Positions 27,021-36,952 of a stretch of 64,000 bases of DNA are shown here, piece by piece. Position 1 is the stretch's first letter. Each line of letters begins with the position of its first letter. The notes under the pieces were generated by a model. That model worked only from the letters and a program-made list of their open reading frames with translations. It was not told the origin of the DNA and did no database searches. This DNA comes from a virus (taxonomy: Duplodnaviria; Caudoviricetes), in the IMG/VR virus record IMGVR_UViG_3300025601_000007; one strand, written 5' to 3'. The translations under genes and the position numbers were made by a program.

Positions 27021-27182
27021 TTAATTTAGTGTTTGGAGAAAAGGGCAGTATCCGTCTGCGCATCCATTGTGAAACCAACATGAGGTGTGGTTCTCAACGT
27101 TTTTGCATTCTTCATCAAAGTCCGAGCAGCGTTTTGCTGTTGATGCTGGAGCTTGAGTTGGGTATTTAAGTTCTTTTGGCAT
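27021..27182 (-). CDS. small Cys-rich protein (start MPKELK)
   Basis: ATG overlaps upstream gene end. Confidence 0.5.
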   Translation of the reverse strand: MPKELKYPTQAPASTAKRCSDFDEECKNVENHTSCWFHNGCADGYCPFLQTLN

Positions 27183-28323
27183 CGGGCGTAATGTATTTAA
27201 CAACATAAGCCTCCGATGGGCTGGGAACTTCTAGGCCCCTCAAATATCCTTTGATAGTAGATTCTGGTACCTTGTATTCTCTATCGCTGTTTTGCTGTAA
27301 TAGTGTTTTGTAATCTGGCTCAATGTAGACAATCTTCACTTTGTATTTGTAAGTGACAGCCATGTCTATCAACTTGCCTCTGTCGTTCCTTGTGATGTTT
27401 GTGGCATCCCAAATAAAGGGCGTGCTTTTTCTCAAGTAAGTCTTGGCAAGTTCTTTTACGTGCTGAAGCATCTGGCCTTCCGCCTTCTTATCTCCACGCT
27501 TTATTTTCCTTTCCCTTCGAATGGCATCCATAGACACAACAGGAGCACTCCCGTGTCTATCTTTGATGTAGGTTGATTTTCCAGCCCCAGGCAAACCGCA
27601 GAGGATTGTGACCTCGCCTACGTAGTCATCGTATGGCTCGTAGTCTGGGTATGTTTTGTCTTCATCGTAGAAGTATAGGAATTGTCCGAGTTCGCTTTTG
27701 AATTCATACGGCTCGTCCCACACGCTATGGTCCTTACATATCTCTTCAAATATTTCAATCCTCAATAAAAGACTGTCTAGGTCTGCGCAGCTTCTTCCTA
27801 TTGCATCTGCTTTGGCAAACATCCCTAACCATCGGTTTTTGATGTGAAGGCTAGAATCTATTACTGTCTTTGTTGGGTCTTTTTTATCCATTGCCCAAAG
27901 CGGGACTCCGTGCCACCTAACCATCTTGCATATCTTCTCTCGAATCTCAAATGGGCAGTCGAATTCTCTGTAAAGAATGTCTCTGGCGGTGTATTCGCCT
28001 TTCTTGGCGTGTCTTGGGGCCCCAACAACCTCTCTTTTCTCTTCTTCGCTCCACTCTCTGATAGTGGTGCTACGCTTTTCAACGTCGTGAAGTAAGGCTG
28101 ACGCAAATAGGATATGTCGGTCTTGTTCTGATTCCAGATGGAACTCAGGAAGACGCAGGAGTGCTTGCGTAACCATTCTAGTGTGGATGTTCACATTCCC
28201 TTCGGCATGCCAAATAGAGTCTTGTTCCACATCCACCATGTCTTTTACCCACGGGAATGCAGCAGTGATTTCGTCCCACTTGAGGTCGTCTGCGTTATCG
28301 GTATAGAATGGAAATTTAAACAT
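27166..28323 (-). CDS. HD-domain phosphoesterase fused to P-loop (polynucleotide-kinase-like) domain
   Basis: WHAEGNV..HT, LLHDVEK, RHAKKG; LCGLPGAGKST, WDATN. Confidence 0.88.
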   Translation of the reverse strand: MFKFPFYTDNADDLKWDEITAAFPWVKDMVDVEQDSIWHAEGNVNIHTRMVTQALLRLPEFHLESEQDRHILFASALLHDVEKRSTTIREWSEEEKREVVGAPRHAKKGEYTARDILYREFDCPFEIREKICKMVRWHGVPLWAMDKKDPTKTVIDSSLHIKNRWLGMFAKADAIGRSCADLDSLLLRIEIFEEICKDHSVWDEPYEFKSELGQFLYFYDEDKTYPDYEPYDDYVGEVTILCGLPGAGKSTYIKDRHGSAPVVSMDAIRRERKIKRGDKKAEGQMLQHVKELAKTYLRKSTPFIWDATNITRNDRGKLIDMAVTYKYKVKIVYIEPDYKTLLQQNSDREYKVPESTIKGYLRGLEVPSPSEAYVVKYITPDAKRT

Positions 28324-28329
28324 TGCTTT

Positions 28330-28608
28330 TTAACAGGAACGAAGAAGGCTAGAGCCTTGCTTTGTTTTCCCTTTGGTTTCTTCTGTAAATTGAGCGGACA
28401 ACATTGTCCTAATTTCTTTGGTCGATGGCTCCCCTAGGGCTCCAAAGTTGAGTGATAAGAAATCCCTTATCGTCTCTATGAAAACGCTTGTCTCGGTTAC
28501 AAGCTCCAAATGCTTCTTTATCAAAGCGGTTTGGTTGGCTGTCAGTGAATTGGATTCACTAATTTCAAAAAACCCTTGCAACCAATATTCAAAATTCTCT
28601 GCTTTCAT
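28330..28608 (-). CDS. conserved phage hypothetical protein (F.YWLQGFFEI)
   Basis: Downstream of ECF promoter 28614. Confidence 0.75.
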   Translation of the reverse strand: MKAENFEYWLQGFFEISESNSLTANQTALIKKHLELVTETSVFIETIRDFLSLNFGALGEPSTKEIRTMLSAQFTEETKGKTKQGSSLLRSC

Positions 28609-28638
28609 TCTAATGTACGTTTAGATTATACTTTGGTT

Positions 28639-29181
28639 TCATCGTGAGAATGGCCACAAGCCAGTCTTTTCTTTCTCTTGGCGCTCTCCAGCTATCTTTT
28701 CCCACTTTTTATTCTTTATCAACACCATAGTGTTGATATCGTCAAATGATAGACCGAATTCTTTCGCAATAAGAATCGCATCCGTCAAGATTCCTGCTGT
28801 GCTGGAACAGCCTATGCGGTCTGGAGATAGTTCTGTAGTTTTTTTGAAGACCGATATCAACAGCTCAGAGAGAGTCCTGTTGTGTTTCATTGGGATGTTG
28901 ATGTGCTCTAGAACTTTTTCACAATCTTGTGTTTTTATACTAGATGAGTCTAGCCATGAATAAACGCATTGAACTACGTCTGCTAATTCTTCATGGACGC
29001 GGGCGTTTAGCTCCTCTTCAGTTTCTTTAGCCACTTTTCTCCCCAGTCTCTTATTGACCAACTGAGCTAGTTCACCCATCTCCTCCAAGACTTTGCATAA
29101 TCTTAATTCAGGCGTAACAGGGTCCAGAGTGTTAATTCTGCGAACGTCTAAGAAAGCTTCTTTGTATAATTTCGTATTCAT
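28639..29181 (-). CDS. MazG-like NTP pyrophosphatase
   Basis: KVLEEMGELAQ...EELADVVQ. Confidence 0.8.
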   Translation of the reverse strand: MNTKLYKEAFLDVRRINTLDPVTPELRLCKVLEEMGELAQLVNKRLGRKVAKETEEELNARVHEELADVVQCVYSWLDSSSIKTQDCEKVLEHINIPMKHNRTLSELLISVFKKTTELSPDRIGCSSTAGILTDAILIAKEFGLSFDDINTMVLIKNKKWEKIAGERQEKEKTGLWPFSR

Positions 29182-29230
29182 GCAAAGGTAGTTTAAAGTT
29201 TAAACATAAAGTTTTTTTATAAAACAACAA

Positions 29231-29749
29231 TCAGAATCCATACCAGACCATTTTGCTATTTTCCCAATCGAATGTCTTAAAAATGCGGACCAGTTCAAAT
29301 ATAGAATATTCGTACCTCCAACTCGAAACAATCTCGTCTTTATCTTCATCTTCATCTAGACTGTATGGGGGATTGCCTTTTTCCCACTCCCCAATAATGA
29401 GCCCGATGTGTATGGTTGTGGCTTGCGTATCTCTGATTAAAAGGCTTTTGTAATACGCTAAGATTTTAGCTCTATGCCACTCAATAATTTCCAGATATCC
29501 TTCTTTAGATATTAGATGAAAATCGCAATCCTCGTATATGTTTTCGTTGTTTGTGTAAAATTTCTCCAAGTGCTTTTCAATGCCAAGCTCGCGGTATTTT
29601 CCAAAACAATGGAGCTTTTTAAATTCCTCCAGGTCCCGCGCCGAGAAGAAGTCTTCCCCGTATAGTTTTTCAGACTCTTCTTGTGTGAGGTCTTTTCCTT
29701 CTTCGTATTTCTCATTGGGAATGCTCCCTATGTAATTTCTATATCCCAT
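29231..29749 (-). CDS. hypothetical protein
   Basis: 172-aa ORF. Confidence 0.75.
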   Translation of the reverse strand: MGYRNYIGSIPNEKYEEGKDLTQEESEKLYGEDFFSARDLEEFKKLHCFGKYRELGIEKHLEKFYTNNENIYEDCDFHLISKEGYLEIIEWHRAKILAYYKSLLIRDTQATTIHIGLIIGEWEKGNPPYSLDEDEDKDEIVSSWRYEYSIFELVRIFKTFDWENSKMVWYGF

Positions 29750-30092
29750 TATTCAGCTTTTTTAATAACTTGACTATCTCTTTTGAGGAGACTTCTTTTG
29801 CGCCAGATAACAATGCGGAATCAAATTCCTTTCCCGATTTTATATCGTAGTGTGGCCTGCCTTTTCCTTTTTTGTTTTCATACCGACTTCTAGATATGGT
29901 TAAGAATTTTGCAAACAGATGCAGCTTCTCTGGGTTCTCACAAATCATGTGTGACCACTTCCCACTCTTTGTCTCATACTTTCTGGGCGTATCGATGTAT
30001 ATATCAGAATCCAACAATTTGTACAGGTATTCCTTTTTTTTTGGCTCTTTGGATTGTGTCTGCTGTCCCGCTGGAACCATTTGTGAACGCAA
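29739..30092 (-). CDS. DUF4031-like protein (true start probably a CTG/TTG near 30005-30017)
   Basis: IYID...SHM......LH.FA......PHYDI. Confidence 0.7.
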   Translation of the reverse strand: MRSQMVPAGQQTQSKEPKKKEYLYKLLDSDIYIDTPRKYETKSGKWSHMICENPEKLHLFAKFLTISRSRYENKKGKGRPHYDIKSGKEFDSALLSGAKEVSSKEIVKLLKKLNNGI

Positions 30093-30414
30093 TGATGAAA
30101 TTAGAGTTGTCCACTATGGTTTGGTTCCGACTGAACCCCGCCAGAGCGTTGTATGGCTTGCCAAATTTGTTGTATTTAATCTTGCAAGGTTCGGTTGTTA
30201 AGTCATCCCAGTCGGGCTCAAATTCATCGAACGGGATTCCTTTTTCCTTTGCATAATCTATACCAAGTGTATCGGCACCAGCTGCCCCACCAGACACGAT
30301 GTGGCCAATATTGTATTGACTCAAAATGCCTGAAAGCAACTGGTAATCTAGGAACTCCCTAGACCCTACCACGCCAAATCTTAATCTTCCACTTTGTTGC
30401 TTATTGCTGTTCAC
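30004..30414 (-). CDS. SLOG-superfamily (DUF2493/YspA-like) protein
   Basis: VVGSREF...IVSGGAAGADTLG..YA; RNQTIVDNS; SSGTADTI. Confidence 0.85.
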   Translation of the reverse strand: MNSNKQQSGRLRFGVVGSREFLDYQLLSGILSQYNIGHIVSGGAAGADTLGIDYAKEKGIPFDEFEPDWDDLTTEPCKIKYNKFGKPYNALAGFSRNQTIVDNSNFIIAFTNGSSGTADTIQRAKKKGIPVQIVGF

Positions 30415-30424
30415 TGTAATCTCT

Positions 30425-30763
30425 TTATCCTGGCCAAGGGCACGTGCCCTCAAGCCCACATTCTTCGCAGCCTATCCCACCCCAAGTTTTCATTTGATTT
30501 CCTTCGCAGGTTTTGCAGGTGGATGTTTTCTTAATCCACTCACGTAGTTCATCCAGCTCCTTTTTTGCCCGTTTTCTGCCTCCTTCTGCAACGTCCATAT
30601 CGAGTCTTACGCTCTCAATCTCGTGGCCAGTGCCTCGGCAGGCTGCGCACCTCCATTTTTCATCTTTAAACTTGGAGGCTTCATCATTAAGTATCGAATA
30701 TCCTTTTCCTTTGCATCTAGTGCATGCAAACTTCCCGTCTTCTGTTAGCAGTTCTTCTGACAT
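30425..30763 (-). CDS. DnaJ-type zinc-finger protein
   Basis: Four CxxCxGxG-type repeats. Confidence 0.7.
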   Translation of the reverse strand: MSEELLTEDGKFACTRCKGKGYSILNDEASKFKDEKWRCAACRGTGHEIESVRLDMDVAEGGRKRAKKELDELREWIKKTSTCKTCEGNQMKTWGGIGCEECGLEGTCPWPG

Positions 30764-30768
30764 CGTTG

Positions 30769-31614
30769 TTATCTAAATTCAGATACGCTGCACACTGGGA
30801 TAGAGTCCATTTTATGTCTATTCGCATTGTGTCTTTGCTCGAATATCTCCAAAACCTCTATTTGACGCTCACTTAGGTGTGCTCTTGCGTTTCCAGCAGG
30901 TTCATCATCCAAGTAGGCCATTGCCCACTCTAGTTCGTCGTATGCGGCTCCAATCTGGTCCTCGTCGCTTCTTGTATCATCCCAGAGACCATCAGAAGGA
31001 ACTGCGTTGAGGATGTTCTCAGAAACCCCCATCACTCTAGCCATCTCTCTAACTTCGCTTTTGAGCAAGTCAGCGATTGGGGACAAATCAACTTGACCAT
31101 CCCCTCCGACCGTGAAGAAGCCAACGCCAAAATCTTCAACTTTATTTCCAGTTCCGCAAACCAGCCCACTTAATCTGTTTGAATAGTAATACAATCCAAT
31201 CATTCTAAGCCGACTTCTAACGTTTGCTAAAGCAAGTTCATCAGTGGATTCATCAACTTCAAAAGGAATCTGAGAAGCACCTCTTTCAAAGTCTGAGACC
31301 ATTGTGTCGAAAGTGGGAGTGAGTTCAAGTTTTATAGAGTCTACGTCGTCATAGTTTTTTTTAAGCCAAGTAATTTGTTCGTTAGCTCTTGATACATGTT
31401 CATCATTTTGATGAATTGGCATCCTTACACAAAAAAGAGGATAATTTGTTTCTGCGCAAAGAGCGGATGCTAACGCTGAGTCCACACCGCCAGATACGCC
31501 AAGTATCCATATTTTTTGACCACTCTTTTCCATGTAATCATTCATCCATTGGACGATATGATTCTTGGCGCTTTTGATATCAAGAGTGCTATTGGTTTTG
31601 ACCGCAGTTTCCAT
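30769..31614 (-). CDS. nadE: NH3-dependent NAD+ synthetase
   Basis: GVSGGVDS, NVRSRLRM, GTGNKVED, DLSPIADLLKSEV; no glutaminase domain. Confidence 0.95.
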   Translation of the reverse strand: METAVKTNSTLDIKSAKNHIVQWMNDYMEKSGQKIWILGVSGGVDSALASALCAETNYPLFCVRMPIHQNDEHVSRANEQITWLKKNYDDVDSIKLELTPTFDTMVSDFERGASQIPFEVDESTDELALANVRSRLRMIGLYYYSNRLSGLVCGTGNKVEDFGVGFFTVGGDGQVDLSPIADLLKSEVREMARVMGVSENILNAVPSDGLWDDTRSDEDQIGAAYDELEWAMAYLDDEPAGNARAHLSERQIEVLEIFEQRHNANRHKMDSIPVCSVSEFR

Positions 31615-31707
31615 AGTGTGATTCCTTTTTACGAATATACGCAAACAAGCTACTAAAGTTACGATGATGGTGTCTTTTTTTCAAACTATTTACTAAAAAA
31701 ATACACC

Positions 31708-31803
31708 ATGAGCAAAGTGAGTATTTATGAATTAATTGACCCCTTGACGCAAAAACCGAGATATGTGGGGAAAACAAAAAATAGATTATCGAAGAGAATT
31801 TAA
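31708..31803 (+). pseudogene. GIY-YIG homing endonuclease N-terminal remnant
   Basis: MSKVSIYELIDPLTQKPRYVGKTKNRLSKRI*; CTATTTAC upstream. Confidence 0.7.
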
Positions 31804-31833
31804 GAACTCCTTATTTTCATGGTGCGCCATGTC

Positions 31834-32478
31834 TCATTTTTTCACAAAGTCGTATGCACCGTGCTCTTCAATGTAATCTACAACAGATTTTGGTGCCATG
31901 TCATCGATAGAGTTCCCATCGCGTATTGCATCTCTTATTGCTGTGGAAGATGCTTCCGTTGTAATGGCATCTAGATAGTAAGAGTTGCTGTGCAAGATTT
32001 CATTTGTAGCAGGCTTGTGTTTTCCGTCTCTCGGAAATACCCAAAACTTAAACGTCTTGTGAATCCATTTCCCACTTCTCCAAATTTGAATCTTGTGGTG
32101 AGTATCTGTTCCACACACAATAAACAGCTGGGCATCAGGGTTATCTTCCTGCAGCTCTTGTAGAGTGTGGTGAGTGAAGCTTGGTTTTGTTTCCTGGAAG
32201 AACTCGACGTTGGTCGCATGAACATTTGGGTTTCCCAATTCTTCGATTGCTTTTTCAACCATATCCCAACGATGGTTCTCCAGAGCCAATAAGCCCTTCT
32301 TCCATTTGTGTGGGTTGTGTGGTGAAACACAAAACCATAATTCATCCAACGAGACACCATCTGACTTAGCTTCAACAGAAGCAACTCCAACGTGGATATG
32401 TCCAGATGTTATAGGATTAAAACTTCCAAAAAAGATTCCGATGTTTCCTGTTTTGCCTACTGGTTTTATTTTATTCAT
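31834..32478 (-). CDS. nadD: nicotinate-nucleotide adenylyltransferase
   Basis: FFGSFNPITSGH, SPHNPHK, CGTD, ASSTAIR. Confidence 0.92.
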   Translation of the reverse strand: MNKIKPVGKTGNIGIFFGSFNPITSGHIHVGVASVEAKSDGVSLDELWFCVSPHNPHKWKKGLLALENHRWDMVEKAIEELGNPNVHATNVEFFQETKPSFTHHTLQELQEDNPDAQLFIVCGTDTHHKIQIWRSGKWIHKTFKFWVFPRDGKHKPATNEILHSNSYYLDAITTEASSTAIRDAIRDGNSIDDMAPKSVVDYIEEHGAYDFVKK

Positions 32479-32956
32479 GGATAACTTGTGGTTCTGGGAT
32501 TGTGCATTTTCTCTCGTCAATTTCTTTTTTAATCCTCTTTCTTACGATGTGATGAATTTTCTTGCTTGTTCCATCTTCATTAACTCTGACAAACGTTGTT
32601 GTGGCAGTTCCAACTGGAGATACATCGCCATTTTCCACATCTACTTTAAAGATATCCATTTCAAGAGTGATAGATGTGTTTCCGATGTTGATTACCTCTC
32701 CAAAGAAATGAATTACATCACCAGCATTCACCTTTGATATAAATCCAGTTTCTGTGTGAACAGTTCTAAGGAGCTTAGTTTCAGATTTCTCCATAAGATG
32801 CATAGCTGCGGCTTTATCCACCCACGCCATCATCTCTCCTCCGAAAAGGGCGTCTCCGAAACCAAGTTCTTTCTGGAGACATAGCTGCTTCCAGATTCTT
32901 GTTTTAGTGTAGTCTTCAGGGAGTTTTCCTTGCGGTATTTTTCGTCTCTCTCTCAT
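32471..32956 (-). CDS. HotDog-fold acyl-CoA thioesterase (YciA-like)
   Basis: LFGGEMMAWVDKAAA; F...V..GD; IGNTSITL. Confidence 0.85.
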   Translation of the reverse strand: MRERRKIPQGKLPEDYTKTRIWKQLCLQKELGFGDALFGGEMMAWVDKAAAMHLMEKSETKLLRTVHTETGFISKVNAGDVIHFFGEVINIGNTSITLEMDIFKVDVENGDVSPVGTATTTFVRVNEDGTSKKIHHIVRKRIKKEIDERKCTIPEPQVIHE

Positions 32957-34188
32957 GTTATAATTGGTTTTTGTTGTGGAATTTTAAGAGTCAACTTAGC
33001 AAGCTTAATCTCATGCTTATCCCCTATCTCTTTACCGACACCATCGGCTATCTTAATCACGTATACCCAATCGCTATATCGATTCACAGACATACTTGTC
33101 ATTTTCATGACTTGATTCATTGGTTTCACTTCTGGGATATCACAAGTAAACCATGTTCCTATTCCTAAAGAAAAAGAAATTTTTAAATTCTTTGAGTGGT
33201 CTCGCATCTCTTCGCACAGCTTCATTGAGTTAATTCCATCGCTGTAAACATAATTCTTCGATGTCGGGTCTATTCCGAGTTCTTTGTATTTGTTGTAGAA
33301 CTTTAGAGTCCACGCTTTCCAGTCTCCACTGTCTTGACGAGCGCCGTCGTAAAGGCGTCCGTAATAAGTGTCAAATGACGCAAGGAAAGAATCTGTTGTG
33401 AATGTGTCTGGTAAGACGATTCCCATTCGCCCCTGGTATACGCTGTTCCAATTCTCCATCGCACGGTAATTCGCCATCTTGTAGCCATAAACACCTGCGT
33501 GAAACTGATGCCATTCGTGACCAGTTGTGCCAATCATTTTGAGATTGTGCTTCATCGCAATGTGCATGTTTGAGGTTCCGATAAAAGCATTACCAATTGC
33601 ACGGCTTAAAGCTTTAGTGACTTGTTCGTGAATTTGGTAGCTATGTCGTCTGCGGCTTCCGAAGTCAACGTGAGGGATAACTTTCATGTTTAGGTGAGTC
33701 CCTTTCTCTGCTGCAACAGTTGTTGCCTTTTGGACATTAATATCATCTAGCCCGTTTCCAGTCATTTCGTGAAACAATTCAGAAACAGTAGATAGGACAG
33801 GAATTTCCCATCGCATTGCGCTTACGGTTGGACCCTCAGCTTTTATGCGAAGTGTATTTTCTTTTTCGTCGTGAAATATTTGTAGCTCTGCTGGATTGTA
33901 CCTAAAATTGATTAGGTAATCGATTGCCGCCAAAGGCAAGTGAGGAGCATTGTCAAGAAGGTATTTCTCTGCGTTATCTGGAGCTCGAAGCTCTCCGTAT
34001 TGGTTGAAAAGATACTGGAGCGCTGCGCCAAATCCTTTTGGCCACTGAACATCGCTTCTAAGAGTGTATTCAAAACTGCAACGTGAATCAGGGAACTTCA
34101 TCATGTATGCCCATTGCATATTAATTTTGTAAAAATCGCAGTCAAATGTGCTCTGCGTATACTTTCCTTGATTAATCTTTGGTTTCAT
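32953..34188 (-). CDS. pncB: nicotinate phosphoribosyltransferase
   Basis: DFYKINM, DFGSRRRHS, GTTGHEW, DTF, RQDSGD, YSDG, GIGT (PncB-type, not Nampt-type). Confidence 0.93.
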   Translation of the reverse strand: MKPKINQGKYTQSTFDCDFYKINMQWAYMMKFPDSRCSFEYTLRSDVQWPKGFGAALQYLFNQYGELRAPDNAEKYLLDNAPHLPLAAIDYLINFRYNPAELQIFHDEKENTLRIKAEGPTVSAMRWEIPVLSTVSELFHEMTGNGLDDINVQKATTVAAEKGTHLNMKVIPHVDFGSRRRHSYQIHEQVTKALSRAIGNAFIGTSNMHIAMKHNLKMIGTTGHEWHQFHAGVYGYKMANYRAMENWNSVYQGRMGIVLPDTFTTDSFLASFDTYYGRLYDGARQDSGDWKAWTLKFYNKYKELGIDPTSKNYVYSDGINSMKLCEEMRDHSKNLKISFSLGIGTWFTCDIPEVKPMNQVMKMTSMSVNRYSDWVYVIKIADGVGKEIGDKHEIKLAKLTLKIPQQKPIIT

Positions 34189-34243
34189 ATGCTAAGATTT
34201 GTGGTTATACAAATGTACGCATATTCGCCCAAAAAGTTACGTT

Positions 34244-34837
34244 TTATCGGTTGTTAATCATTTTCACTATTTCATCCTCGTCTATGCTTTTAAGACTGGT
34301 GTATTCGTGTTTTGGTTGGTCTTGAGAAGATATACACTCAATAACTTTGAGGTATTCTCCTTTTGTCACACCAAGCTTTACGTAAGAAGGCATTTGCCTA
34401 TCCCCACCTGCCATGAATATAAGGTTCTTATCATTGAGTTGAACGATATCCCAGTTTTCATAATCCAGGGATTCAGTTTCTCCTTCTTTATTTTTGGCGA
34501 ATGTCTTTCCAGAGTATTCGATTTCATAGAAGTCGATTTCCTGCACAATCTCCTTTCCGTCGTCATCTTCGTCTTTTTCACAGAAGTTAGAATTAAACAA
34601 AGCTTTTAACAAGCCTGAGTCAACGAACTCTACTTGCTCGGTGTGTTTTGCTACTGAATCCTTTATCTCTTCTATGTTGGAGATGGAATCAAAGACAAAT
34701 TTTACTACTTTTCCGCTTCGCTTGACTGCTTCAACGACATCTTGAAGAGATTTGATTCCTTCTGGTTTTGTACCAGTTTCAACCTCAAGCTGCTTCAATA
34801 GTGAGTCCACTTGAGACTCAAGACTGTATTTATTCAT
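34244..34837 (-). CDS. acidic hypothetical protein (start corrected to MNKYSLE)
   Basis: ECF promoter 34858-34885 upstream. Confidence 0.75.
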   Translation of the reverse strand: MNKYSLESQVDSLLKQLEVETGTKPEGIKSLQDVVEAVKRSGKVVKFVFDSISNIEEIKDSVAKHTEQVEFVDSGLLKALFNSNFCEKDEDDDGKEIVQEIDFYEIEYSGKTFAKNKEGETESLDYENWDIVQLNDKNLIFMAGGDRQMPSYVKLGVTKGEYLKVIECISSQDQPKHEYTSLKSIDEDEIVKMINNR

Positions 34838-34920
34838 GATTTGCTGTTGTTGCGCAATATACGGTGAAACGAAAAAAAGGTTACAAAAAAGGAAAGACCT
34901 AGTCAGACTAGGCCTCACCT

Positions 34921-35976
34921 TTAATTCAGTACCTCGTTGGCGACTCCTGGCATGTTTGCCTCGTCTCCCCACGCTGTTACGTTGAGCCATCCGCCGTTTA
35001 CTTTGGCCTGGATGATTGGGTCATCATCTCTAAACCATTTATCGACAGCTGGTGCTTCAACTCGAAATCCTTCTGGGACAACTCTAAACTTTTGGTCAAT
35101 CTCAAACCCTTCAAGCTTTAGCATGTGCTTTGGCGCGATGATTTTGAGTTCAATCTTGTGTTCGGTCATTCCCTTTTGCAGGCGAGCGACAGCTTCAATT
35201 AGAACTGGGTGCATACCCAAGCTTTCTTTGGCAATGGCGCCTTCTTTTTTAGCGAATCCCATAACATCTGAGTTATTTATAAATTTGTGTGCGTGTAGCA
35301 CTTTAAATGCAGACAAGAACATTTCTGCGTACTTGTCTAGTACTTTCTTGTTAAGCTTTCCGCCTTCGTGCTCCAAAATACCCGTCATTCCCTCAGTGGA
35401 CCGACTTCCTGCGCTTCTTTGGTAAGACTCCCATTTTGCAATTACAGTCTTAATTGGTTCCCAAGCGGCTTTCTTGGTGAGCTTTTTGTTTCCATAGGCT
35501 TTTGCGAAGTCCCATGTTCTATTTTCACCATCAACCTTGATAGAGAACTCAGTCACGTCTAGTGATTCCATAAAAAGGCTTTCCAAGAATGGTTTAACTT
35601 TTTCATCTCTAGAGAATGCTATCAAATCCTTTTGATTCTTGACAGGGATGCTGTCAATGTATATGTTCACGGGGGCTTGTACGAGGCCGAACTTTTTACA
35701 CAACTCAAAAACTGCGTCCTCGGTCATGAATTTATAGTTGAAAGCTATCTCTCGATACTTGGTAATGATGGCTTGCAATTCTTTTACTCTCTCCAGTTCT
35801 TTTGGCTCAAGTTGACGAGCTTGCTTGAAACTGGTGAACCCAAGAGATTTGAGTTCCTCTACACTTTCAATCACTTTTGTGTCTTGAGCATCTGAGAGAA
35901 TTTGCTTGGCATTTTCCAAGAGTTTCATTTCGGCTGTAGAAGCCTCGTAGTGAATTTGTTCTATGATGCTGTTCAT
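34921..35976 (-). CDS. hypothetical protein (start corrected to MNSIIEQ)
   Basis: Long ORF; DPI...V.GGW..V.AWGDEA C-terminus. Confidence 0.8.
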   Translation of the reverse strand: MNSIIEQIHYEASTAEMKLLENAKQILSDAQDTKVIESVEELKSLGFTSFKQARQLEPKELERVKELQAIITKYREIAFNYKFMTEDAVFELCKKFGLVQAPVNIYIDSIPVKNQKDLIAFSRDEKVKPFLESLFMESLDVTEFSIKVDGENRTWDFAKAYGNKKLTKKAAWEPIKTVIAKWESYQRSAGSRSTEGMTGILEHEGGKLNKKVLDKYAEMFLSAFKVLHAHKFINNSDVMGFAKKEGAIAKESLGMHPVLIEAVARLQKGMTEHKIELKIIAPKHMLKLEGFEIDQKFRVVPEGFRVEAPAVDKWFRDDDPIIQAKVNGGWLNVTAWGDEANMPGVANEVLN

Positions 35977-36067
35977 GGTGTTGTTTTTTATAACTAATAC
36001 ATAAAAGTACAAAAAAAGGGACTCATTCCGAAGAAAAGTCCCTCTTATTTTCGATAAATCAATCTTA

Positions 36068-36952
36068 TTAAAGAATCTTAGGGAAATTCTCATCGCGTCT
36101 AAAATTTAAACGCTCAATTCTCTTTCCTTCACGAGCGAAATTCCAGGCTTTCCCGATAATTGCGCACTTATGAAAAACAGTGAATGTGTTTAATTTATCA
36201 CCGTGCATACGAATCAATCTGTTTCTCAAGTGAAACGCTGGCGAGTCTGTTTCCATGCCTGTTCCAATCGCTACGCTTTGCATGAAAGTGCGAGTCTGGG
36301 ATGTGTGTTTTCTGTAAAACATGTAATACATGCCACAAAAGATGCGACCTGAAACAAATCGCTGAGGCATTGATTGCCAGATTTTATGAGCTTCCCCAAT
36401 CACGTCTACGAAGTCTGTTCTAGATTTCACAAAGTTGAGAACATCCAAATTGTCGTAGCGAGAGCTTTTCATGCTACCCGTTGCTACTCCTTTTAATCCT
36501 GACTCCAATGACATAACCATTTTAGCAGCAGCGGATACGACAGATGCGTTCTTATAGCCTTGAGAACTCAAGACATCTGCACTGTTCCTGCCTTTGCCAG
36601 TATCAATTGTGTGAAATGTGTCTCGGTGGATTCCGAAAGTCACATTAGACTGCAGTTCTTTCCCTGTTATAACAACCGCTTCTAATCGATGTTGGCCATC
36701 AAGCAAGTTGCCATACTCATCAAAAACAATGGTGTCTCCATTAAGCTTCCATTTGCCATCCTTAATTTGATGGACCAGAAAATCCAGGTTTTGTTTTGCA
36801 ACGTTTCGATTGCTTACGTTGGTTTTTAACCATTCACGAGCAAGTGAAGGGGTAATTGTTAATTCAAAAGTCTCTCCCACTTTGATTGTGTCGGAATTCT
36901 TCCCATCAATCATTGTAGATATAATTCCGATAGGCAAACTAATCTTATTCAT
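36068..36952 (-). CDS. ParB-like (DGQHR) domain protein
   Basis: NRNV, LLDGQHRLEAV, IDTGKGR. Confidence 0.8.
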   Translation of the reverse strand: MNKISLPIGIISTMIDGKNSDTIKVGETFELTITPSLAREWLKTNVSNRNVAKQNLDFLVHQIKDGKWKLNGDTIVFDEYGNLLDGQHRLEAVVITGKELQSNVTFGIHRDTFHTIDTGKGRNSADVLSSQGYKNASVVSAAAKMVMSLESGLKGVATGSMKSSRYDNLDVLNFVKSRTDFVDVIGEAHKIWQSMPQRFVSGRIFCGMYYMFYRKHTSQTRTFMQSVAIGTGMETDSPAFHLRNRLIRMHGDKLNTFTVFHKCAIIGKAWNFAREGKRIERLNFRRDENFPKIL

